The position numbers and the translations under genes are program-made. Positions 19,636-27,577 of a DNA stretch of 64,000 nucleotides are shown here, in pieces. The stretch's first letter is position 1, and each line of letters starts with the position of its first letter. The notes beneath the pieces were generated by a model, which had not been told where the DNA came from, searched no databases, and saw only the letters and a list, made by a program, of their open reading frames with translations. Location: contig CALBSO010000015.1 of NCBI GenBank assembly GCA_937968015.1, forward strand, positions 14,201-78,200. The letters run 5' to 3'. The DNA comes from an uncultured Thermomicrobia bacterium (GTDB lineage Bacteria > Chloroflexota > Chloroflexia > Thermomicrobiales > JALYUS01).

Positions 19636-20100
19636 ATGTACGAAGAGATGGACGAGTACAACGACGAGGCCGAATCTCCACTACTTCGCACGAAGCATCG
19701 CGCGCGCCGCTCGGAGCGCGTTGCGGCGCGAGAAGCCCGCGATGTACCACGGGACGCGACCAGGCACGGCCCGACGCGCGCGGTGCGCGAGGGGCGCGAA
19801 TTCTTCAAGTGCGTCCATTGCCGCGCCTTCATCGGGCCAACGATCAGCGGCGGCAAGCACCGCAATCACTGTCCGCTCTGCCTCTATTCCCGCCATGTGG
19901 ACGGCGGGCGGCCCGGCGACCGCGCGAGCGACTGCGGCGCGAAGATGGCCCCCATCGCGCGCTTCACGCGGCCCAATGGCGAGCCGATGGTCGTTCATCG
20001 CTGCCTCGGCTGCGGCTTCGAGCGCAATAACCGCCTCGCCGCCGACGACAATATGCTCCTCTTCGAGGAGTTGCCCGCGGCAGCAATGAGCACCGAGTAA
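19636..20100 (+). CDS. RNHCP domain zinc-ribbon protein
   Basis: FKCVHCRAFIGPTISGGKHRNHCPLCLYSRHVD...HRCLGCGFERNNRLAADDN contains the literal RNHCP motif and Cys pairs. Start codon is uncertain. Confidence 0.7.
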   Translation: MYEEMDEYNDEAESPLLRTKHRARRSERVAAREARDVPRDATRHGPTRAVREGREFFKCVHCRAFIGPTISGGKHRNHCPLCLYSRHVDGGRPGDRASDCGAKMAPIARFTRPNGEPMVVHRCLGCGFERNNRLAADDNMLLFEELPAAAMSTE

Positions 20101-20160
20101 CTGGCCAGTGCGATACTCGGCGCCCGGCCCTCTTCTCATGCTCAGTTCTCGATCGTGACC

Positions 20161-20199
20161 ACTCATTGCTCGTTACTCGCTACTCGCTACTCGTTACTT
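20161..20199. repeat. Tandem heptamer array (ACTCGYT x about 5), single right-arm copy of the heptamer-palindrome family
   Basis: actcatt gctcgtt actcgct actcgct actcgtt actt, ending 12 nt before ATG 20211. Near-identical to the right arms at 37150-37179 and 57957-57985. Confidence 0.85.
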
Positions 20200-20210
20200 C
20201 GGAGGTGGGA

Positions 20211-21587
20211 ATGTCGCCGCACGCCGCGCAAGATCTGAGCGATGTTTTCGCGTATGTGGATGCCCATCGGCAGGATTTCCTCGACCGCCTGATTGCCTAT
20301 CTGCGGATGCCGAGCATCAGCGCGCACGGGTTGGGGATCGCGGAAGTCGCGGCGTACATCGCCGACGTGATGAACCGGATTGGATTGGCAGCGCGGATCA
20401 TCCCGACCGCCGGATGGCCGATGGTGCTCGCCGAGCGGAACGATGTACCGGGCGCACCGACGGTGATCCTCTACGGCCATTACGATGTCCAGCCACCTGA
20501 CCCACTGGAGGAATGGCTCTCGCCCCCATTCGAGCCGACAATCCGCGATGGTCGCCTCTACGCGCGCGGCGTCGGCGACAACAAGGGGCAGCACTTCGCG
20601 CAGATTCTCGCCCTCGAATCGCTGCTCGCCTGCCGGGGCGCGCTGCCATGCAATGTCAAGGTGCTGCTCGAAGGCGAGGAGGAGATCGGCAGCCCGCAGA
20701 TGCCCGTTTTCGCCCGCGCGCACCGCGACGAACTGCACGCCGACCTCGTCATCACGAGCGACGGCCCCGTGGACGCCGATGGCCGCTCGCGTCTCCGCTT
20801 CGGCGTGCGCGGTGTCCTCAGTTTCGAACTGCGGGCGCGCGGGGCGAACCGCGACCTCCACTCCGGCAACTGGGGCGGCGTCGTGCCGAACCCGATCTGG
20901 ACACTCGTGCAACTGCTCGCGACGATGAAGAATGACCGGGGCATCGTGACGATAGATGGCTTCTACGACACTGTGGACCCGCCGACGCCGCTGGAACAGG
21001 AGACGCTGGCGAATCTGCCGATTGATGTCGCGGCGGTCAAGCAGTCACTCGATCTGGGGGAGTTCGATCAGCCGGTCGAGCGCGATTTCTACGAGCGTCT
21101 TTCCACCTGGCCGACCTTTACCATCAATGGGCTGCACGGCGGCTATGGCGGACCCGGCTCGAAGACCGTCCTGCCGCACGAGGCATTCGCGAAGTGCGAT
21201 ATCCGCCTCGTCGAGTCGCAAACCGCCGACGAGATCTTCGCGAAGGTGGAGGCGCACATCCGCCGCCACGCACCCGGTGTGCAACTGATCCGCCAAGGCT
21301 CGATGGATCCCTCGAAGACGCGGCTCGATTCTCCCTACACCGAGCCGATCCGCCGGGGCATCGCGGCAGCGCAGGACGAGGAGCCGCTGCTCGTCCCCGC
21401 GATGGGCGGCAGCCTGCCCGATTACGTCTTTACGAAGACGCTCGGCATCCCCGCCTTCGGCGTCCCGTACGCCAACGCGGATGAATCGAACCACGCCCCG
21501 AACGAGAACATGGAGATCGAGCGCTTCTACAAAGGCATCAAGACCGGCGCGGCGATGCTGGTCCATCTCGGAGCCAGCCGCGGATAG
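20211..21587 (+). CDS. M20-family dipeptidase/deacylase
   Basis: GGAGGTG SD. LYGHYDVQPPDPLEEWLSPPFEPTIRDGRLYARGVGDNKGQ and LLEGEEEIGS are M20 metal and catalytic motifs. Confidence 0.88.
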   Translation: MSPHAAQDLSDVFAYVDAHRQDFLDRLIAYLRMPSISAHGLGIAEVAAYIADVMNRIGLAARIIPTAGWPMVLAERNDVPGAPTVILYGHYDVQPPDPLEEWLSPPFEPTIRDGRLYARGVGDNKGQHFAQILALESLLACRGALPCNVKVLLEGEEEIGSPQMPVFARAHRDELHADLVITSDGPVDADGRSRLRFGVRGVLSFELRARGANRDLHSGNWGGVVPNPIWTLVQLLATMKNDRGIVTIDGFYDTVDPPTPLEQETLANLPIDVAAVKQSLDLGEFDQPVERDFYERLSTWPTFTINGLHGGYGGPGSKTVLPHEAFAKCDIRLVESQTADEIFAKVEAHIRRHAPGVQLIRQGSMDPSKTRLDSPYTEPIRRGIAAAQDEEPLLVPAMGGSLPDYVFTKTLGIPAFGVPYANADESNHAPNENMEIERFYKGIKTGAAMLVHLGASRG

Positions 21588-21614
21588 CGCCATCGTCGTC
21601 CGTGTCGGCGTGCC

Positions 21615-21643
21615 TTGATTTGTGCGACATTTTGGCATACAAT
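21615..21643 (+). promoter_or_regulatory. Sigma70-type promoter candidate TTGATT-N17-TACAAT
   Basis: TTGATT 21615-21620, 17-nt spacer, TACAAT 21638-21643. About 37 nt upstream of the DUF1778 antitoxin start. Confidence 0.55.
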
Positions 21644-21679
21644 CAGAGCGACACATTCGCGGTAGGGACGAAGAGGAGC

Positions 21680-22000
21680 ATGGTGATGGCAACGACAAAG
21701 AAGCCGCGCGCCCCGCTGGGCGCATCAAAGAGCGTGCGTATCGTGGCGCGGGTCGTGCCGGAGACGAAAGAGAAGATCGAGTACGCGGCATCGCTCGAAC
21801 AGACTTCAATCACCACGTTTATCGAACGCACCGCGCTCCGGGCAGCCGAGGAGGCGATCCGCCGTCATGAGGTCATCCCGCTCTCGGAGCGGGCGTCGCA
21901 TGCGCTGATCGAATCGTTCTTCAGCCCGCGCGAGCCGAATGCCCCGCTCAGACGTGCGCGGCAGCGCCATGCCGCACTGATCGCCGCTTCCGAGGCGTGA
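21680..22000 (+). CDS. DUF1778 (TacA-like, RHH) antitoxin
   Basis: SVRIVARVVPETKEKIEYAASLEQTSITTFIERTALRAAEEAI, then LSERASHALIESF. Alternative ATG at 21686. Stop overlaps the GNAT start. Confidence 0.8.
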   Translation: MVMATTKKPRAPLGASKSVRIVARVVPETKEKIEYAASLEQTSITTFIERTALRAAEEAIRRHEVIPLSERASHALIESFFSPREPNAPLRRARQRHAALIAASEA

Positions 22001-22557
22001 GCGCGCCGCGCTTCATTATCCAGCGACTTGCCGATCATCACGATCGAGCGGCGTTTTCGTCCGGCAATGCATCACTCGATAGCTACCTCGTGCAAGGAGC
22101 CGGGCAAGATGCGCGTCGCCGCGTGGCTGCGGTCTATATCGCGTGCGAGGAGGATACGGGAGCCGTCTGCGGATACTATACGCTCAGTGCATCCGATCTC
22201 GAAACGACCGATCTACCGGAAGCGATCCGCAAGCGGCTTCCCCGCTACCCGAGACTGCCCGCCGTTCTGCTCGGCCGTCTCGCGACTGATTTTCGCTGGC
22301 GGGGGATTGGCCTGGGGGCGGCACTTCTTTATGATGCCTTGCGGCGCTGCCACAGACATAATGCATTCGGCGTTATGTTCATCGTTGTTGACCCATTTCC
22401 CGAGGCGCGGGGGTTTTATGCGCACCATCAGTTCCGCGCTATCCCCGATCAGGAGCGTATGTATTTTCCCATGACGGAAGTAGCGAAACTTGTCGAAGGC
22501 GAGCAAAGCGCGCGCATCCCGGAGTTGCGCGAAGAAGGAGAGTCGCATGCGGAGTGA
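21997..22557 (+). CDS. GNAT-family acetyltransferase toxin (TacT-like)
   Basis: GTGA overlap with the antitoxin. DRAAFSSGNASLDSYL...RLPAVLLGRLATDFRWRGIGLGAALLYDAL is typical of DUF1778-partnered GNAT toxins. Confidence 0.8.
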   Translation: MSAPRFIIQRLADHHDRAAFSSGNASLDSYLVQGAGQDARRRVAAVYIACEEDTGAVCGYYTLSASDLETTDLPEAIRKRLPRYPRLPAVLLGRLATDFRWRGIGLGAALLYDALRRCHRHNAFGVMFIVVDPFPEARGFYAHHQFRAIPDQERMYFPMTEVAKLVEGEQSARIPELREEGESHAE

Positions 22558-24175
22558 TGTCTTGATTCGGGGCGCGCGGGTAGTGGACGGGACGGGCAAC
22601 CCGTGGTTCTACGGCGATGTCGCGCTCGTCGGGGAACGGATCGCGGCGGTCGCGCCGACAGGCCAGTTGACGGTGGAGGATGCCGGCGAGATCGTGGACG
22701 CGGCGGGGATGGTCGTCGCGCCGGGATTTATTGACATCCAGAGCCACTCGATCCTCCCCTTGATGCGCGACGCGCATTGCCTCTCGAAGATCACTCAGGG
22801 CGTGACGACGGAGATTATGGGCGAGGCATGGACGCCCGCGCCCTTCGGCGGGCTGATCCCCGCGCCGATGCGCAACGCCGTCTTCCCCACGCAACTACCG
22901 GAGTGGGAGGAACGTGCGCGGGGCTGGACGCGCTTCCGTCACTGGCTGGAGGCGATGATTGTGCGCGGTGTCTCCCCGAATGTTGGCTCCTTTCTCGGCG
23001 GTGGCACACTCCGGCAGTACGCCAAGGGGATGGCGATGGGTGACGCGAGCGCCGACGAACGGGCGACGATGCGCCGCGTGATGGCCGAGGCGATGGAGGA
23101 CGGCGCGTTCGGCGTCTCGTACGCGCTCATTTACCCACCCGATACCTACGCCGGGACGGATGAGATCGTCGCGGTCTGCGAGGTCGTCGCCCGGTACGGC
23201 GGCGTCTATATTACCCACCTGCGTTCGGAGGCGGATCAATTTCTCGAAGCGATGGCGGAGGCATTGGAGATCGGGCAGCGGGCGAATGTCGCGGTCGAGG
23301 TCTACCATCTCAAGGCGGCGGGGCGGGAGAACTGGCAGAAGATGCCCGCCGCGATCCAGATGATTAACGACGCCCGCGCGGCGGGGCAGGATGTGACGGC
23401 GGATATGTATCCGTACATCGCGGGCGGCACGGGGCTCACGTCTGTCCTGCCACCGTGGGCCGCCGCCGACGGCAAACTGTATGAGAACCTGCGCGACCCC
23501 ACGACGCGGGCAAAGATCCGCGCCGAAGCCCTCAACCCCTCCGGCGACTGGGAGGCGATGGGCGCCTTGAACGGGCCGGACGGCATCGTGCCCGTCGGCT
23601 TGGAGCGGCCCGAACTGAAGAAGTACAACGGTATGCGCCTCTCGGCGATCGCGGCGGAGCGGGGCACGCACTGGCTCGACACGGCGATTGATCTGCTCAT
23701 CGCGGAGGGGCAGCGGATCAGCACGATCTACTTCATGATGACCGAGGAGAACCTCGCCGCGCAATTGCGGCAGCCCTGGATCAAGATTTCCACCGATGCG
23801 GGCGGCGTGGATCCGGCATGGGCGGCGGAGCGCGGCCCGACCCATCCGCGCGCCTATGGTACCTATCCCCGCGTCCTCGGCAAATACGTGCGCGAAGAGA
23901 GGGTGCTGACCCTCGAAGACGCCGTCCGCAAGATGACTTCGTCCGTCGCGGATCGCCTCTCGCTGCGCGACCGTGGCCTGCTCCGCGTCGGCTGCTACGC
24001 CGATATCGTCATCTTCGACCCGGAGACCATCGCCGACCGCGCGACCTTCGACGACCCGCATCAGTTGTCAGTGGGCGTCCGCGATGTCTGGGTGAACGGC
24101 GCCCGCGTCCTCCGAGACAGCGCTCATACTGGCGCGACCCCCGGCCAGTTCGTGCGCGGGCCGGGCGCAGTCTGA
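22547..24175 (+). CDS. N-acyl-D-amino-acid deacylase (D-aminoacylase) family amidohydrolase
   Basis: MRSDVLIRGARVVDGTGNPWFYGDVALVGERIAAV...VAPGFIDIQSHS...ADIVIFDPETIADRATFDDP. Confidence 0.88.
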   Translation: MRSDVLIRGARVVDGTGNPWFYGDVALVGERIAAVAPTGQLTVEDAGEIVDAAGMVVAPGFIDIQSHSILPLMRDAHCLSKITQGVTTEIMGEAWTPAPFGGLIPAPMRNAVFPTQLPEWEERARGWTRFRHWLEAMIVRGVSPNVGSFLGGGTLRQYAKGMAMGDASADERATMRRVMAEAMEDGAFGVSYALIYPPDTYAGTDEIVAVCEVVARYGGVYITHLRSEADQFLEAMAEALEIGQRANVAVEVYHLKAAGRENWQKMPAAIQMINDARAAGQDVTADMYPYIAGGTGLTSVLPPWAAADGKLYENLRDPTTRAKIRAEALNPSGDWEAMGALNGPDGIVPVGLERPELKKYNGMRLSAIAAERGTHWLDTAIDLLIAEGQRISTIYFMMTEENLAAQLRQPWIKISTDAGGVDPAWAAERGPTHPRAYGTYPRVLGKYVREERVLTLEDAVRKMTSSVADRLSLRDRGLLRVGCYADIVIFDPETIADRATFDDPHQLSVGVRDVWVNGARVLRDSAHTGATPGQFVRGPGAV

Positions 24176-24200
24176 CGGGAAAGACGAAGACCCGCCGTGA

Positions 24201-24238
24201 AGAGAGGCCGTACCCATTCCAGCGGGCACGGCCTCTCT
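24201..24238 (+). terminator. Hairpin after D-aminoacylase (11-bp perfect stem, 16-nt loop), no U-tract
   Basis: AGAGAGGCCGT ... ACGGCCTCTCT, 26 nt after the stop at 24175. Confidence 0.45.
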
Positions 24239-24519
24239 GCTCATGTGATCTTTCAATATGGAATGATTCCTGATCTACCCCGTCACAAAAATCAGGTTCT
24301 CGCGTTCAACAGATAGAACATCCGTACGACTCATCTTCAGTCCGACCCTGCGGCAATCCAATAGTGCGTCCCTTCGTGACCACGCATCTCCGCCGATCCC
24401 CAGAGAGCAGACACCATCACGCCCGCGCTGCCTGACGATACTCTTGTACAGATTCTCTGTAACGTTCCGGGGGCGATGAACCAATAGAGAAGTAGGATAA
24501 CCGCGTAAGGGAGGGAAGC

Positions 24520-26712
24520 ATGTATCACGCGCACTCGAAGAACGCTGCGGGAGACCGACAAGAGATGGAAGATCATACGCGAAAGGTTGCCGATAAAGCA
24601 TCGCTGTTTGCGGAGCCACTCGGGGCAGGAAGCCTCGCCCGCGCAATCGGATTGCTGCATGATGTGGGCAAATACGATCCGGCGTTTCAGGCATATCTCC
24701 TTGCGTGTGAGACGAGCAGCGCCCCGCCGCGCGGACCGGATCATAAGGCGGCGGGGGCACAACTTGCGGTGCAGCGTGGTTTCGATGTCCTCGCATTGCT
24801 TATTCAGGGTCATCATGGCGGCTTGCATTGCCCAAGCGACTTGCGACAATGGCTACTCACGAAACAGGGCAATCCTGTGTTATCCAAGGCTATCGCTCTC
24901 GCAGAGCAGGATGTGCCAGAGATACAGGAAATTGCTCGACCCGTGTTGCCACCCCATATCAAATCCGAACTGGACGCCGAACTCTTTATGCGGCTCCTCT
25001 TCTCCACACTTGTAGACGCTGACTATCTCGACACCGAGCGGCACTTCACTGACTGGAAGGCGATGACGCGGGGTAGCGACCTTACCCTTGCGGCACTCCT
25101 TGAACGCTTCGACCGGCAACCACCCGCACCCGCAACCGCCTGCACAGAAACCGTACGGGCGGCGCGCGATAAGATGTACGATGCGTGCATCCGAGCGGCA
25201 GAGGAACCGCCGGGATTTTTCCGGCTGACGATGCCCACGGGTGGCGGAAAGACGCGCTCTGGTATGGCCTTTGCGCTGCGCCATGCGGTGAAGTACGGCA
25301 AACAGCGTATTATCGTTGCAGTACCATTTATCAGTATCACCCAGCAGACGGCGAAGGTATATCGCGAAATCTTCGGTGACGAGGACGACCACCACCCCGC
25401 CGTGCTCGAGCATCACAGCGCGACGGTCGGGGGTGACCCCGATGAACCGGGCTATCGCCCTGCTGACATCTGGCAGCGGCTCGCGGCGGAAAACTGGGAC
25501 GCGCCGATCATCGTGACGACCACTGTACAACTCTTCGAGAGCCTCTTTGCTAACAAGACAGGACAGTGCCGAAAACTGCACCGCCTCGCGAACAGCGTCA
25601 TTATCCTTGATGAGGTACAAGCCCTACCGCCATCTCTTCTCAAACCGATCCTCGATGCCCTCAGTCAACTCGTGCGGCACTACGGGACAACGGTCGTCAT
25701 CTCCACGGCGACACAACCTGCCTTTGAAGCAATCGCGGAGTTCCGCGAGCTCGGCGCGCGTGAGATCGTGCCAGATTCCGCCCGCTACTTCGCGGACCTG
25801 ACGCGCGTCGAGTACGAGTGGCGCACCGATCGCACCTACCCGCTCGCCGAGGTAGCAGACTGGCTGCGGGACGCGCCGCATGCCCTCGCGGTGATGAACA
25901 CGAAGCAGGACGCCCTCGACCTACTTGCTGCTCTCGACGATCCCGACGCGCTGCACCTCTCGACGCTGCTCTGCGGCAGGCACCGGATGGATGTAATCGC
26001 GGCGGTGACGCGGCGGCTACAGAAGGGTGAGCCATGCCGCCTCGTGGCGACACAGGTAATTGAGGCGGGGGTAGATCTCGACTTCCCGCTCGTGCTCCGC
26101 GCCCTCGGCCCGCTCGACAGCATCATCCAGGTGGCAGGGCGATGCAATCGGGGCGGCGTGCTAGAGCGCGGTCGCGTAATCGTTTTCCGACCCGAGGGGG
26201 AGCACGGCCCGCCCGGCACGTATCAGACGGCGACGGATGTGACACAGGCCCTTATCAACCGAGCCGACCTCGATCCGAACGACCCCGCCGTCTCCGCGCA
26301 ATACTTCGCTGCTTTCTACGGGGCGGTCAACGTAGACGCGAATGCCACCGCATCCGAGATACAGCGTCTCCGCACCACACTCGATTACCCTGCCGTTCGC
26401 AAGGCGTTCCGCATGATCGAGGACGACACCGAGACGGTCATCATCACCGACTATGGCACCGATGCGCAGCGAAAGACCGTCTCCGCCCTAAACAACCGAC
26501 TGCGGGCTGGTGGCCCCGATGCCCGGTACGTGCTGCGGAAACTCCAGCCCTTCACCGTCGCCGTGCGCCGTCGCGCCGCGCGGGAGTATCGCGAGAGCGG
26601 GTTGATCGAGGCGATCACGGACGACATCGGCGTTTGGCACGGCGGCTACCACGACCGCTACGGCGTGACAGGGAAGCCGCGTGACGCGGACTGGCTTGTT
26701 GTATCGGGATGA
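24520..26712 (+). CDS. cas3: CRISPR-associated helicase/nuclease Cas3 (HD + SF2 helicase)
   Basis: AGGGAGGGA SD. HD motif LLHDVGK, Walker A MPTGGGKT, DExQ VIILDEVQ. Confidence 0.93.
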   Translation: MYHAHSKNAAGDRQEMEDHTRKVADKASLFAEPLGAGSLARAIGLLHDVGKYDPAFQAYLLACETSSAPPRGPDHKAAGAQLAVQRGFDVLALLIQGHHGGLHCPSDLRQWLLTKQGNPVLSKAIALAEQDVPEIQEIARPVLPPHIKSELDAELFMRLLFSTLVDADYLDTERHFTDWKAMTRGSDLTLAALLERFDRQPPAPATACTETVRAARDKMYDACIRAAEEPPGFFRLTMPTGGGKTRSGMAFALRHAVKYGKQRIIVAVPFISITQQTAKVYREIFGDEDDHHPAVLEHHSATVGGDPDEPGYRPADIWQRLAAENWDAPIIVTTTVQLFESLFANKTGQCRKLHRLANSVIILDEVQALPPSLLKPILDALSQLVRHYGTTVVISTATQPAFEAIAEFRELGAREIVPDSARYFADLTRVEYEWRTDRTYPLAEVADWLRDAPHALAVMNTKQDALDLLAALDDPDALHLSTLLCGRHRMDVIAAVTRRLQKGEPCRLVATQVIEAGVDLDFPLVLRALGPLDSIIQVAGRCNRGGVLERGRVIVFRPEGEHGPPGTYQTATDVTQALINRADLDPNDPAVSAQYFAAFYGAVNVDANATASEIQRLRTTLDYPAVRKAFRMIEDDTETVIITDYGTDAQRKTVSALNNRLRAGGPDARYVLRKLQPFTVAVRRRAAREYRESGLIEAITDDIGVWHGGYHDRYGVTGKPRDADWLVVSG

Positions 26713-26911
26713 CAGATGGTTGACATGCGCGTACGGAGAAGACGGTTCACGAATCGTCCTTACGAAGCCGTTACAACTTCACGGGGGCTCAATGAGTTGC
26801 CCCGAATTTAACAACTGAGGAGCAACAATACGATCCCTGACGTACCGGGGCGGCGAGAGATCGATCCATGTGCCATATCTGCGAGTTGGGAGGTAAGAAA
26901 GGAGGTTCAGA

Positions 26912-27577
26912 ATGAGTGCATCGTATCCACCACTGGCAGTGAAGGTCTGGGGGGAGTACGCGCTCTTTACACGGCCGGAGATGAAAGTAGAACGTTTGTC
27001 CTATCCCGTGATGACGCCCTCGGCGGCGCGGGGAATCCTTGAATCGATCCTGTGGAAACCCGAGATGGAATGGAGGATCGAGGAAATCTGGGTACTCAAC
27101 CCCGTGCGGTACTTTAGCATACTACGCAACGAGGTGAACAGCCGCGCCAGCGAGCGCGCCGCACGGGGATGGGAAAAGAGCGGCGTCGGCGGGTATGACG
27201 CCACGAATGACCGCGCGCAACGCCACACGCTGGGGTTGCGCTGTGTGGCATACGTGATCCGCGCCCACATTGCCCTGCGACCTGGCGTGGCGGCGGACGT
27301 GGCGAAATATCGCGACCAGTTCCGCCGCCGGGTGGAGCGCGGGCAATGTTTCGCAATACCATACCTCGGCACACGCGAGTTCTCCGCCTCCTTCGCCCTA
27401 CCGGACGGCACCGAGCGACCCCGCGAAGAGATCAACGACGACCTCGGTCTTATGCTGCACGACCTCGATTACGCAGCGGACGGCTCCGGTCGCGGGACGC
27501 CGCGCTTCTTCAAGGCGCAAATTGATCGCGGCATCTTGCGCCCGCCACCCGTGCCGGTCATCACAGGGGGTGCCTGA
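26912..27577 (+). CDS. cas5: Cas5d/Cas5c (type I-C pre-crRNA endoribonuclease subunit)
   Basis: PLAVKVWGEYALFTRPEMKVERLSYPVMTPSAARGILESILWKPEM is a canonical Cas5d N-terminus. Confidence 0.92.
   Translation: MSASYPPLAVKVWGEYALFTRPEMKVERLSYPVMTPSAARGILESILWKPEMEWRIEEIWVLNPVRYFSILRNEVNSRASERAARGWEKSGVGGYDATNDRAQRHTLGLRCVAYVIRAHIALRPGVAADVAKYRDQFRRRVERGQCFAIPYLGTREFSASFALPDGTERPREEINDDLGLMLHDLDYAADGSGRGTPRFFKAQIDRGILRPPPVPVITGGA

Noticed and set aside
20084-20101. Candidate left arm (GCAATGAG...CGAGTAAC) at the end of the RNHCP gene, pairing with the heptamer array at 20161-20199.
   Set aside because: The two 8-nt complementary blocks are in crossing order, 5' with 5' and 3' with 3', so they cannot form a simple hairpin. 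I treat 20161-20199 as a solo arm.
24275-24849. Two overlapping minus-strand ORFs (173 and 170 aa) spanning the region upstream of cas3 and its 5' end.
   Set aside because: They have no recognisable domains, overlap the well-supported cas3 HD domain, and likely arise from the lower-GC composition there.
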